Assembly: GCA_012295275.1 (NCBI GenBank)
Contig: CM022673.1
Location: 29,946,001-30,010,000, forward strand
Direction: 5' to 3'
DNA from: Chrysomallon squamiferum
Taxonomy: Eukaryota > Animalia > Mollusca
DNA: 64,000 bases
Below the pieces are notes generated by a model that saw only the letters and a program-made list of their open reading frames with translations, had not been told where the DNA came from and did no database searches. The position numbers and the translations under genes were made by a program. Below are positions 27,651 to 38,866 of the stretch, piece after piece; the stretch's first letter is position 1, and each line of letters begins with the position of its first letter.

Positions 27651-30600
27651 AATAAATGTAAAAATATTTTTTTTTTATAATTAAAAACAAATTAAAATCA
27701 TAACAAAAACAGAATATTTTTTTTTTACTTTATTAATATTAATATTTAAAAAGAAAAAGAAGAAAAAAATATTTTCACCAGTTTTTGGAAGGTTAGGAAG
27801 AGAAAGAACATTTTCTGATAATCCTTTTGCTATGGTGGATTCCTCGTCTTCCTCTTCCTCTGGAGTTGTCTCCCCCGTATGTGACTCGTGTGGTGAAGCT
27901 TCACAGTGAACCTGACTTCCTAATTTGTGAGAACCCTCTTGAGAGACATCATCGACTTTTGTTCCATCTGAGAGTCTGAAAATATAAAAATAATTATTTT
28001 ACCAGACTAATTTAAATAGATAATCATCTAAAGTACACAATAAAATAATAGAAAAATGTTTTGTGCAAATTTCAAACAGCATAAACATCAACTAAAATCA
28101 ATAATTCAAATAGTTATTCATTAGAACATTATTAGGATTTGGTTTTTATATACATAATTTAAGAGAGTGTATGCTGTTAGAAATCTTTCTGTTTTAAACA
28201 CATTACTCCAGTGAACCATAAATCATCTACATAATTATAAAAAACTGACAGAATAACGTAATTTATTTTCTGATTAAATAACAGTCAAATATAATTACAT
28301 CTTATGATTTCCACATCAGTTTCATTTCACTATTACACCTTTCTATGTAACTATCAATTTTAGTTAAATAATTGTAATCCTAAAGCATGTTTTAAAATTT
28401 TATCTAAGATTTAAAAATGTCATATTTGATTTGAATGCAGTTTCTATTATTTTTTTCTTCATTCATACAAAGCTGTTGTCAAATCTTAGAAATCTAACAA
28501 TATCCTTCCATTACAGTATTTTGTGGAGTATAATATACTAGTTGGTATAACCCAAAACACTGTTTTTAAAACATTTTACAGGACCAATTCATATATATCT
28601 ACTTATAAACTTGTCTATAATTATTCTCATCTTTCCATGTGTTTAAGTAAAAATATGACCCATTATCCATACAGCTATGTGTCTGAGAAGCGTGTGAATA
28701 TGTCATCAAACTGCTTCTTTTTGAACTGAGTTTTCTATTGATTTATAAATATGTATATTTGTTTTTGACACAGGTAATCATTTTCAATGTTGATCAACAT
28801 TAAACACAAAAACTAACAATCAGAAATGTTGCTGCTTTAGAAAATGTTGGAAAATTACTCAGTTCACATAAAAGACAAATACGTTTTTACATCAAGTTTT
28901 ATCTTTATAACTTCTTCCTTCACTCACTTTTTCTTTGTTTGGCTTTGAGTTTTCTGTTCAGAGTCATCTGTAGTATCATGTTCTTTGATAGAAGTGTCCA
29001 TTGGAATGGCTTTAGCACACAAAACAGCAGGTATACCAAGAAGAGAACTTTCCAGAACTTTTAAAAATTTCCCTTTGGAAGGAAACAGGGCTAGTTCAAC
29101 TGAAATTATTTTCATATAGATAATGCTGTTATTATTTTATTAGTTTCTGAAAATATATCATACATTAAAATAAACTGAAATTTGATATGGCCTAAATAAC
29201 TGTTTCATATTTTAATAATACTGAATTATTTGCAATTTGCAATTTTTATTTGATTTAAATGATTTTTTTTTAAATGTCTGGCTAGGGTTATTTTTCTGCA
29301 AAAATCTATTTTCTTTCTTCAGTGTTTTGTCATTATTCCAAAAAATTCCAAAATATCAACAATAAAAGAAAATATAAAAAAGTTTAAAAGTAAATTTAAA
29401 AAAAATAATAATAAACGTAAAGAATTTAAAAAGAAAGAAAGAAAAGGTATACATTTCTTTGTAAAAACCAGGCCAGCCTTGAAAAGTCCTTCACGAGGTG
29501 CCTCTGTTCCAAGATTAAGAACGTTCTTGACAAAGTTAATCACTTGTGTCTTTGTCATGTCAAACATATGTTCCACAATGAGATGGTCAACCAGTTTTAC
29601 AAAGTTGCCAAGACGACTAAAGTAAGAAAAATATCCAGATTAAATAAAATGTGGACAATAAGAGCAGTACCTCAGTATTCTGTAGTGCTATTTAACAGAA
29701 AAAAAACAATAAAATAAAATATCTAAAAATAAATATTTATACAATATAATGAAATGTTCAATGGTTTCTGAAGAAAAAGAAGACATGTGCAACATTTTTA
29801 ATCTCTAACTATATTAATAAATGTGACACTTTATATTTTTAGAAAAGAATGATCAAATATTTATCTTAAAAAGAAATAACTATTAAACCATCAATTAATG
29901 ACTAATATACCACTGATTATTATTATTTCTAACTTTCATTCAAATTATTTAAAAATATATTTGTTTTACAACACTTTGAAACTTTTTAATTTTATCTTAC
30001 GCAGTTTCACTTCTGGCTAATCTCAAATTTTCTTCTCTTGTTTCTCGTTTGATCCTTTGTAGATGAAGAGAGTCCTTAGAACTGCAATAATAATGACAAT
30101 AATAAATCTAGAAATTATGATAACAGACATTTGTAATCAAAACACTATTTAGGCTAAAATTTAGAAATTATAATAATAGCAAAAATCTGTACCCAAACTA
30201 TTTGTCAGGCTGAAGTTAAGGCATTATGTAACAGTAAAATATGATTAAAATATGTTAAATTAAAATTGTATAGAGATAGTGTTTGTTCATGACTGCTACT
30301 TTAAAATTGTATAGAGATAGTGTTTGTTCATGACTGCTACTTTAAAATTGTATAGAGATGCTGTTTGTTCATGACTGCTTACTTTAAAATTGTATGGAGA
30401 TGCTGTTTGTTCATGACTGCTTACTTTAAAATTGTATAGAGATGCTGTTTGTTCATGACTGCTTACTTTAAAATTGTATAGAGATGCCGTTTGTTCATGA
30501 CTGCTACTTTAAAATTGTATAGAGATGCTGCTTGTTCATGACTGCTTACTTTAAAATTGTATAGAGATGCTGTTTGTTCATGACTGCTTACTTTAAAATT

Positions 30601-33600
30601 GTATAGAAATGCCGTTTGTTCATGACTGCTACTTTAAAATTGTATAGAGATGCTGTTTGTTCATGACTGCTTACTTTAAAATTGTATAGAGATGCTGTTT
30701 GTTCATGACTGCTTACTTTAAAATTGTATAGAGATGGTGTTTGTTCATTACTGTTTATTTTAAAATTGTATATTTTTGATTTGTGGTATTTTTAATAGTT
30801 TTATTGTCTTATAAGGAAAAGTGAGAGTAAAATATAAAAATTCTGTTTATTAAACTAATGATAACACTTACAAATAGGTTTTCTTTCGAACCTGTTCCTC
30901 ACAATATCTCAGTTTTTTAAATGATTCTTCTGCTGTCACAGTAACAACCATCTTGCAGTATCTAAAACATAAATATTTTTATTCATAGGATTATCTGATA
31001 TTAAAGGTTTTTCAGTTTCATTACATTCTACATTTGTGCTTTTTACAAAATAAGTTATTACAAAGATAAAAATTACTTGGATAAACTAAATTGATATAAG
31101 TTAATATTTCTTACTATTATATCAGATAAAAAAATTCCACTTACTTGAAAAATCTTTCAAGAATCTTATCAGCCTGGATATTTTTGTAGTTGATAATGTT
31201 TTCAAACTCTCCCAGAGTGTAGGTTTTACTGAAAACAAATAAATTTTAAATGCTTCAGACTGATTATTTTGTGAAATTTATCAGTTACCTATTCTTAAAG
31301 CACATACATGATTAAATTGCCTACATGTGATTTATATTAAAAATTTGGACACCAGCACTGGTTAATAATAGAGCATAAAGTTATAAAGGAATTATAAGAA
31401 AATGCCAGTATTTTACTTTGTTTTATATTCTTATTTTAGAAATAGAAATAACTTTATGGAACAAAAGAATATCAGCCCCACTGTATTACCCTGAACCAGA
31501 AAAAAGAAAAAGAAAACTTTTAATAAATGTGATATAAAACACATACTCTACTTCAAAAGGCAAAAACTCCACCGTAATGAGTTCCTTCAGCAGTCTGAAA
31601 AATAAAATAAATATAATGAAATAAAGTAGCAAATATTTTTATTATCTCTTTAATTTGCTTTGTACTCTAAATGAACATATACACACACAAAATATTGAGA
31701 AGACAAAACAATTTTAAAATAAGTAATGATCAAATTAATTTGTTTAGATAATAAATAATCAATATTAGGAGGTGAAAAAAAAAAATATATAAACTAAATT
31801 GGAAGGTTTAGATTCCGATTACATATTGCAGAAATACGCATCATACTAAGACAAACATAATTCTTGTCTGCAGTTTCTTTCAATGTGTTTTGGACTTCAG
31901 AATTAAATAAATGAAAAAACCTGGAGATCTGTAGAAGTGCTGCTCCATAGGGAATAATGTTCTGAAGCAATTTAGTCTCAATTTCTCTCAGTTGTCTCTG
32001 AAAGTCGTGATACAGCTTGTTGGCTCTCCATCTAAAAGAAGAAGAAAAATAATATTGATGAGAAAAGGTTATATAAAACAACAAAAGATATGCATAAAAG
32101 AAAACAAAAACAAAAACAAATATATAGGTAATTAATTTTTCTAGTAAATAAATAAACAAAATATGATAATTATGCACTTTTTGCTTTAAAACACTTTAAT
32201 AACAAATTATAGTCTACATCCATAGTGCACAAATGAAATTTTAAAATTAGTAAGTTACAAAAATATCTGAACTTAATTTAATATAAAAAATTTTCTTATT
32301 TACATTAGATCCCAGATTTGTGCACTTTACAAAATAGGTTTTTACACAGATAAGAATAATTTGGATAAAGTCAGCTGTTACAAGTTATCATTCTTTCTGG
32401 ATATCAATTAAACTGTACAGAATTTCATGCAAACTTAAACAAATGTCTATAAAATTGTGTTACACTGAATTAGAGAGTAAACATATAGGCAAAAATATCT
32501 TGTGACCTGTCAAACATCTTTCTAATGAGATAATTTCTGAAGAAAGGAATAGCAGAAACTGCTTTCCAAAGGACGGCTTCCCTTTGCCATTCTGCCAGTG
32601 TCATGCTGTCATTGGGCTGATCCGGATAAACATGCAGAACACCGAATGTGGAAAACACATAATGTTCAGGATTAGCCTAAAATAAAAGGAAGAAAAATCT
32701 GAAGATTATTAAAAAACAATCTGATTGGTTGTTTGCATCTGTCAGCTGAGCAGAGTAAATGTCTGTAGTGAGAAATCATTTCATGTTAAGCTGAAAAAAT
32801 ATTATAAAAATAAAAATTCTGAGTTGAAATTTATAAAATAATTCTATGAATTTTTTGACAAATAGATAATAGTAGTTGTAGCAGTTGCAGTAGCAGATAT
32901 AGTTACAATAATAACAATAATTTATTAAAATTGTTTATAAAAAAAAATTATTCAAATTTTAAATATATTATTATTATTATAATTATTATTATCAAGATAC
33001 ATTTACATTTACAGGGTTTATTAGATTTTCAGAGTCTTACAAAATAAAAAAAAATAAAAATTTTGTAATATGTTTTATTTCTGCATTTTCAATTACCATA
33101 TCTCGTTGTACTGATACGAGATCATACGGGCTGTAGTGTCTGGCTGGTGTCAGGTTGAAATACATTGACTTTATTTGTCCAAGGTGATGACATGCAGCAA
33201 AATATTTGACAGCTTCTCGTCCAGTCATCACAGGCACTTCTTCCTCCTGACAAAAATTAAACATATCAAATGTGACCTATAACAGTGGCTCCATAAACAG
33301 GTGGAATCTCTGAGGAGCAACAAAAGTAATTAATTTGCAGTTTCTACAATCTTTCACTCAGTGAGAAAAATCTCTAATTTTACAGAATAGTTGGAAAGGA
33401 ATAAGGAGTGCAGGAAATAAAGGAGCAAGTTTCAAGGAGGTGGTGACCATAAAAGAAAAGAAGAATATTTATACATCTCTCTGGGTGAGAAAAAAGAAGG
33501 AGATTAATATTTTCTTTGTTGTACTTTCAGCAAGGTACTAATAAAATTTACTGAAACAAAAAGACATCTCTTTGCCTTGATGGTTAAAAGAATGGTTTTG

Positions 33601-36600
33601 TATAATTTTGCAGTCATCACCTTAGAGATTTTTTGACATTCATACAAATAATTTATACACGGATATAATGATTTTGATCAGCTTTTGTCTCTGTCATTCA
33701 TCTAGATATTATTAAGAAAAAAGAAAAAAGAAATTTTAAAAATTTACAACAATAATTGAAAAAAGAACTAAATTAATTTAGACAAATGTTACCTTTTTGT
33801 AGCTTTTGGTGATGATTTGCTCGAGTGATTCCTGAAACTTCCTTGGCGATGGAAGACTTTGTGTTGCTGAAGTTGTCTTTCTTGGAGTAACACTCTGAAT
33901 GGTTTTCTATTATATATGAATAAAAAAAATAAAAAATAAATAAATAAATATTACAGGAAATAAAAATAAATAAAAATGATAATTTACTTCCCCAAAAAAT
34001 TCCAACTAAACTGCTAATTCATTTTGATATAATAAATTTTTAAAACTTTTGTTATTTTTATTTATTTTTATTTTAAACGTATTAAATATGCTTAGAGCAA
34101 GGATAATTATTTTGAAACATGCAGAATAAGTGAATAAAGTAAAGCATTAACAAACAATCTAAAGGTGGCTTCATGCACCATACCTTCTCTTCAGGTATGT
34201 CTACTCCAAGTGCAAGTGCAGTAGTCCCCAGACAGTGACTCCAGATAGACTCATCTAATTTATAGGCAAAAATGCAGGTAACAGTGAAAATAAGAACAAC
34301 AAAAAAACAGTGACCATTTAAAATAATCTCTTTCAAACTTTAAATTTTTTTTATAATGTTTTTTTCACAAAGGTGAAAACAAAATAACGATACTGAAAAC
34401 AATATTTATAGAATAATCTGAAATGCTAAGACAAACACTGCAGTTTTTGTTCTTCACTATTAAAGATATATTTAATATTGTGGGAAACAAACAATAAAAT
34501 AATTCCTAAATGGAGCTTATGTCCCAAATTGCACAGCTGAGGTGTGTAATTCAGAATCTTTAACTGAAAGTGTGAACTAATATTATTACATGCAACGTTT
34601 GTACATTTAACTATCAGTGACAATAGACTTAAAAAAGGAGTGAAAGTTTTTGTTTACTGAAAATAGTGAAGAAATAGAAAGGAATAAAATTAATTAACAT
34701 CCACCATAAATATATAAATTATAACAATGATTTTTTAAAATCTGTGAGCACTTACTTGCAGCCATTTCTAAAGCAACACCACTAATTGACTTTGAAATGT
34801 CTCCAATTTTCAGAGGTTGTATATATCTATCTTCCACTGACTGAAAATACAGAATACATTTATTTTGAAGGTGAATAAATTTATTAATTATTATAACAAT
34901 AAAGCCTGTCAAAACTGATTTAAAACACCCAGTTATTTTTAAATGTAAATCTTCAATCAGACATTATAACGATCTTGTGACTTCCATTTCATTTACAAAA
35001 CAAATGATTATTTAAGAAGGCAACAAAAAGAAAAACAAAATATAAAACTAGGATAAAATAAATAATAACCACCCTAAAATAAACAAATAAACACTAAAAA
35101 ACATAAATAAATAAATAAAACCAAACATTTATTTCCAGGTTGCTTACTGAAATCCGAGGGCTGTATGGGTTGACTCCATCAGGCAGCACAAACTTGTCCC
35201 TTTTACGTGGAGAGAACATGGCCTTCTTTGGTGGTTGGGGTGATGCTGTGCTGCAGTATGTGTTAGCAGGACAGGCTCCTCTTCTGCTTAGCAATAAGCA
35301 CTCCTGAAATTTTACAAAACATTAATTTTTATTATGGAAAGATACACATCAGATTTAAATCAGTTCAGTTACACTGGAGGGTATAATAATTAGCTTAACT
35401 GATTAATTTACAGTTACTGATTCTGTAACTTTCAGATCACAACTCTTACCTCTAAGTTACAGAATGTTTGCAAATAACTATTAAACATTAATCTAAAGAG
35501 AGAGGTGTACCCTGAATTTGAGACGTATATCTGTACAATGATGTCAATCCCTCCATTTTGAAACTTCAAATATGGCCTTAACTGAAAAAACCTTTGTTTT
35601 TTTTATTTTGTATTCTTACTTCTGGAAAAGTCTTTCTGAGTGACTCAGTTATCTGAAGATCAAACAGACGTTCTTTGTGTTTTTCCATGTGGTGTACAAC
35701 TCTTTCCAAGTAGTGATAGAACTGAAACAGCACAAAATATTTCATAATTAATTATACAATGCTGGTACTTGAGATAAAATCTCTTTCATAAGCTTATTTC
35801 CATAATTTTAAACATTTTTATTAGCACATTACAATTATAAAAAATATAAAACAATCAGCACTTAAGGCTGAAATGTGTTTAACTTGTGTGATCAGTAATC
35901 TGGGACAGTGCATGCATATCTTGAACAGATCATAACTCAGATATTATTTAAATTAGTTCAGTGAGATTCAACACAAAATTAAAACCTCCTTCTTGGTATC
36001 TGGGGTTTTCAAGTACTCCTTGTATGGACTGACAATTTCCAACACTTCTTGAAGAAATATCCATGACTGTCGACTGCAAAAAAAACCCCAAAAAACCTAT
36101 TAAATTATCATTAATTTTGTTTTGATAAAACATAAAGTAAAATAAATAATTTACAATGTAGTTAAAATATTAATCTGTATAATTAATTAGTAATGAAATA
36201 AACAGAAAAGTAATAAAAAAAAAAAATAATAATAATACATTTAAAAAAATAAATAAATAAATACACAGAATGTACTTTTAATAGCAAGTAACTATATCCT
36301 GAATCTGTTAGGGATTTTTCACATTTCTGTTTATGAAATAAAATTTAGAAAAAAGAAGAAAAACATCAAAATATCAGCTTTCTTGATTCTTTTTTCATTT
36401 TATAGATAAACTTTATTATTAGTTATTTGTACAAGAAAAATTAAAAATTAAGGAATGAAAAGGAAGCACAGAAAATCTTTATAAGTTCATTTTTCACGTT
36501 ACCATAAATACTAAGGCAAATACAAATTAATTAATTAGTTAACTTACTTGTCTTGTTGCAGTGCAGTAATGAAAACTGTTATTAATTCCTCCTTCAAATT

Positions 36601-37156
36601 GTGGACATCTTCATCATTTACCTTACCTTTCTGTTCTATTGCTACAGAAAGGCTAGAATATAGGAAATAAGCAAACTTTTCTTGTTAAAATTAATTAGGA
36701 ATTAATCTGGTTTGAGTAGTTATTCTCCAGTTACTTATTTCAATTAGACTTAAATTTTCAAAAGTTTCATTTCATAAGTAATTATATACAAATATATTAT
36801 TTTCGAAATTATTATTTATTTCATTTTGTAAAAGCTATCAATTCCATGAAGCATTTATTTATATTATCTATTATATGTATAAAATTCTATTCCTAGTATA
36901 TTATAATCAAATAATAGGTTGAATTAATATTTTATTTATTGTTACTGTACTCAATTCAACCTTATATATATTAAATTTATTTAACTTACTTTCTACGAGT
37001 TTCAGCAGCCCATTCTGCTGCTTTTTCTCTTGGAATAAAAGCAACATTGACAGACACATTTTCTGCTGAAACGAGACTGTTTCGCCCTTGTTTCAGCAAA
37101 GGCAACTTAGCTGCTGAACCAGAAGCTTCAGAAATATTTAAATTTGTTGTTGTCAT
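60..37156 (-). CDS. DNHD1: Dynein heavy chain domain-containing protein 1-like, 5' part (N-terminus, tail, linker, AAA1, most of AAA2); continues beyond the left edge of the window
   Basis: 48 GT-AG exons with continuous phase (7607 nt), in 5'->3' order: 36990-37156 (ATG, MTTTNLN), 36548-36652, 35986-36073, 35620-35721, 35127(or 35148)-35303, 34756-34840, 34184-34254, 33793-33906, 33097-33246, 32507-32676, 31921-32031, 31547-31594, 31145-31228, 30872-30961, 30001-30081, 29453-29616, 28928-29099, 27779-27975, 27367-27523, 26763-26937, 26103-26444, 25410-25571, 22320-22421, 21512-21709, 20965-21135, 20344-20584, 19912-20078, 19467-19601, 19140-19235, 18265-18396, 17581-17809, 17082-17255, 16563-16842, 16027-16178, 15262-15444, 14548-14816, 14066-14198, 12719-12831, 9250-9372, 6996-7131, 6487-6677, 6101-6238, 5392-5521, 4891-5162, 4290-4496, 1301-1480, 660-936, 60-225. 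Dynein motifs: RAQFPRLYFIS, YDYEYLG..LVITPLTDR, GPAGTGKS, FGLRDVK, GVTGSGKS, WIVMDGDLD. DNHD1-type N-terminal motifs: ARHYSPYDLV..NPEHYVFSTFGVLHVYP, SGIFLDPTQ. Confidence 0.9.
1784..2517 (-). mobile_element. Non-autonomous pogo/Tigger (Tc1-mariner superfamily) element with a transposase N-terminal remnant
   Basis: TIRs CAGTGGTGCCTTGACTTATGAG ... CTTGTAAGTCAAGGTACCACTG; TA at the left flank; minus-strand MDYKKVSAKDSAEKKIELKHEIVEKHEQNVHVVDLAWQY resembles a decayed CENP-B-type HTH. Confidence 0.85.
3405..3474. repeat. (CA)n microsatellite
   Basis: Read directly. Confidence 0.95.
3698..3724 (-). CDS. Candidate 27-nt frame-preserving microexon of DNHD1-like (EENNGDEEK)
   Basis: atgtag|GAAGAAAACAACGGTGATGAAGAGAAA|GTGAGT; phase 0-0, matching the flanking exons; consensus donor. 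Confidence 0.55.
4290..4496 (-). CDS. DNHD1: DNHD1-like exon: AAA2 Walker A
   Basis: Translates VLHLHSALEMKQPVMLTGVTGSGKSSVLLLLARS...; 207 nt, phase 0-0. Confidence 0.9.
4689..4848. repeat. Short-period (about 19-bp) tandem repeat
   Basis: Repeated cagatacatcacaaccata with variants. Confidence 0.9.
5750..5796. repeat. (TG)n microsatellite
   Basis: Read directly. Confidence 0.95.
6685..6862. repeat. Compound (AAC)n(AAT)n(ATT)n(GAT)n microsatellite
   Basis: Read directly; source of the spurious poly-L/N/I ORFs. Confidence 0.95.
7925..8815. repeat. 55-bp minisatellite, about 16 copies, intronic
   Basis: Unit aaagtgtaataccagaacatatgtaaataaacatcactctgtgaattacacatgt, with a few truncated copies at about 8300-8430. 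Confidence 0.95.
9413..9505. repeat. (AAT)n microsatellite (others at about 23071-23157, 27585-27645 and 62184-62225)
   Basis: Read directly. Confidence 0.95.
11212..11244 (+). mobile_element. hAT-Charlie (MER5-like) 3' terminal fragment
   Basis: ggatccatggaccacacattgagaaccactg resembles the typical ...GGACCACACTTTGAGAACCACTG end. Confidence 0.35.
12883..14046. repeat. 39/31-bp minisatellite, about 30 copies, filling intron 12832-14065
   Basis: Unit gacagtgacagaagtagcagtagtgttgtagtattagta and a variant 8 bp shorter. Confidence 0.95.
14548..14816 (-). CDS. DNHD1: DNHD1-like exon: end of linker and AAA1 Walker A
   Basis: Translates FYYDYEYLGPQTCLVITPLTDRVFLSLTQAAKNFQCGTLIGPAGTGKSETVRELAK; donor AAG|GTAAGT. 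Confidence 0.93.
23810..23875 (-). CDS. Candidate 66-nt cassette exon of DNHD1-like (RRKYAVTKKQLDEIEKNPSLVM)
   Basis: caaattag|CGC...ATG|GTAGTA; open, phase 0-0, inside a 3-kb phase-0 intron; helical, charged composition. Confidence 0.45.
24930..25395. repeat. Degenerate tandem repeat, period roughly 23 bp
   Basis: Recurrent gtta(t/c)agtgtct(c)tatctac-like units. Confidence 0.6.
25675..26005. repeat. 34-bp minisatellite, about 9-10 copies
   Basis: Unit aaaatactgaccactgaaagaaatgatgctgtta. Confidence 0.95.
30259..30771. repeat. 40/41-bp minisatellite, about 12 copies
   Basis: Unit ttaaaattgtatagagatgctgtttgttcatgactgc(t)tact. Confidence 0.95.
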
Positions 37157-37369
37157 CTTTGACAGCTAAACCAAAAATTTGGTATAATTCCTCACTCTCG
37201 GTTTGTGAGATGCAATGATGTTTTCATAATCTGTGAGTAAAATTATTATATGTAGTACGACTGAAAATTAATTATTTCAGAATATAAAAAACATAATGTT
37301 GAAATACTTTTATTATGATTTTTTAACTGAAAAAAGAAAAGAAAAAAGTTTCTCCTTGTTTAATATTTT

Positions 37370-38150
37370 TGACCGATTGTCACGAAAACAGGTACGTTAG
37401 AGTATAATTCGCATATTTTCTTGAAATAAATAAATAGAAATACAACAACAGTCTTAATGCTTGACCACTATCAACTGAACTAATAATCACTAAAATATGA
37501 AATGTCACATAATACTTTTTTCTTCTCCAAAGTAACATAAAATGAGCACAGTGTTGACACTATTCAAAGTTTACCAAATACCGTTACCAGGTCGCCATTT
37601 TTGTATCACCTGCAACAAACCAGGATCGCATCTAATGATAAATCATAGCTAGTGTATATTAATCGAATATATAAAATTCATTTACATTTTATTTATCATT
37701 TATGACTAATATATAAATTGTTAACATGTATTAATATGATAACAATTAATATGCATGGATGTAAACATATCATTTACTGCTGACGCGAATAAAAAATAAT
37801 TTGTTTTGACTTGCAACTTTCAGTGTGTTGCACAGTAAGGCTAGTACGTCGTATTAAAAACGTGTAATTTGCCTCTCATTCTTTATCCTCTGAATGGTAA
37901 GTTCTTAATAGGGTTGCCAGTTAGTTGTAACATCGTTATAAAGAGTATCTAAATAAGAAATAAATTGAAAACTTTTGTAATCGAATACTCGGCAATAGCC
38001 TGAATAGGATACCATTACCAGTTAATTTTTATTAGTTAATCATTAATGAATTATCATACCGTCTACATCTATGCCGCTGTGGAAGCAATGAAATTAATGT
38101 TAGACATTTCAATTAGATGCTGAACCTCACCGCAAATGAGGAACGACAAA
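37370..38150. promoter_or_regulatory. Putative bidirectional promoter between DNHD1-like and CCDC34-like
   Basis: Divergent ATGs 1.7 kb apart; CpGs visibly retained relative to gene bodies; YY1-type CGCCATTTT (37593-37601) flanked by X-box-like GTTACCAGGTCGCC (37583-37596) and GTATCACCTGCAAC (37603-37616); plus-strand donor ATG|GTAAGT at 37896/37897. Confidence 0.6.
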
Positions 38151-38866
38151 CTGCTGAAAAGATATTTAAAAAAAAAAAAAAAAAAATTGATGTAAATAAT
38201 TTTATTTCTAGTATAATTACTTTCTGTTATATATAATATTTTATTTTTATGTATATAATTATATTTATAAGGTGATCTGTCTTTATTTCTGGAAAATATT
38301 ACAGCTTTTAATTTATATTAAATTGGTAACGGATTGTAAAGTACACACAACACACTTACTAAAAGTTATTATGATAATTTATAATTTTATGTAATTAATT
38401 TGTTCAAAATTAGGATGGGTTTCCCTATTGGGTTTTTAATTTACTTATAGATTGGTACTGTTATTTGAAGTAAGTGCAAAAAATATATTAATAATTATAA
38501 ATGATTGGAAATGTGTATCTGTTTCTGGATGTTGTAAACATTTTGTGTGACAATTGCAGTGGACGTGCATGACATTTTGCAGTGACTTATCTAGCTGTTG
38601 TCAGTAATACTATTTATTGAGATAGTTTACCAAGAAAATATATTTATATAAAAATGCAGGGGCAGATTGGATAATTGAGAAATGATGATCAAATAATGGA
38701 GAAAAGAAAATTGAAAAACAGAAAGAAAAATATCATGGTTTCTGAAAAGATTTAAATTAGGCCTATGCTTTTATTTGATGTTTTGGAAATAATATGGCTC
38801 TTTTGAATCCTGACACTTCTTCTGCACCCATGAATAATAACTTTTTTACATATAGCTTTCAGAAAA

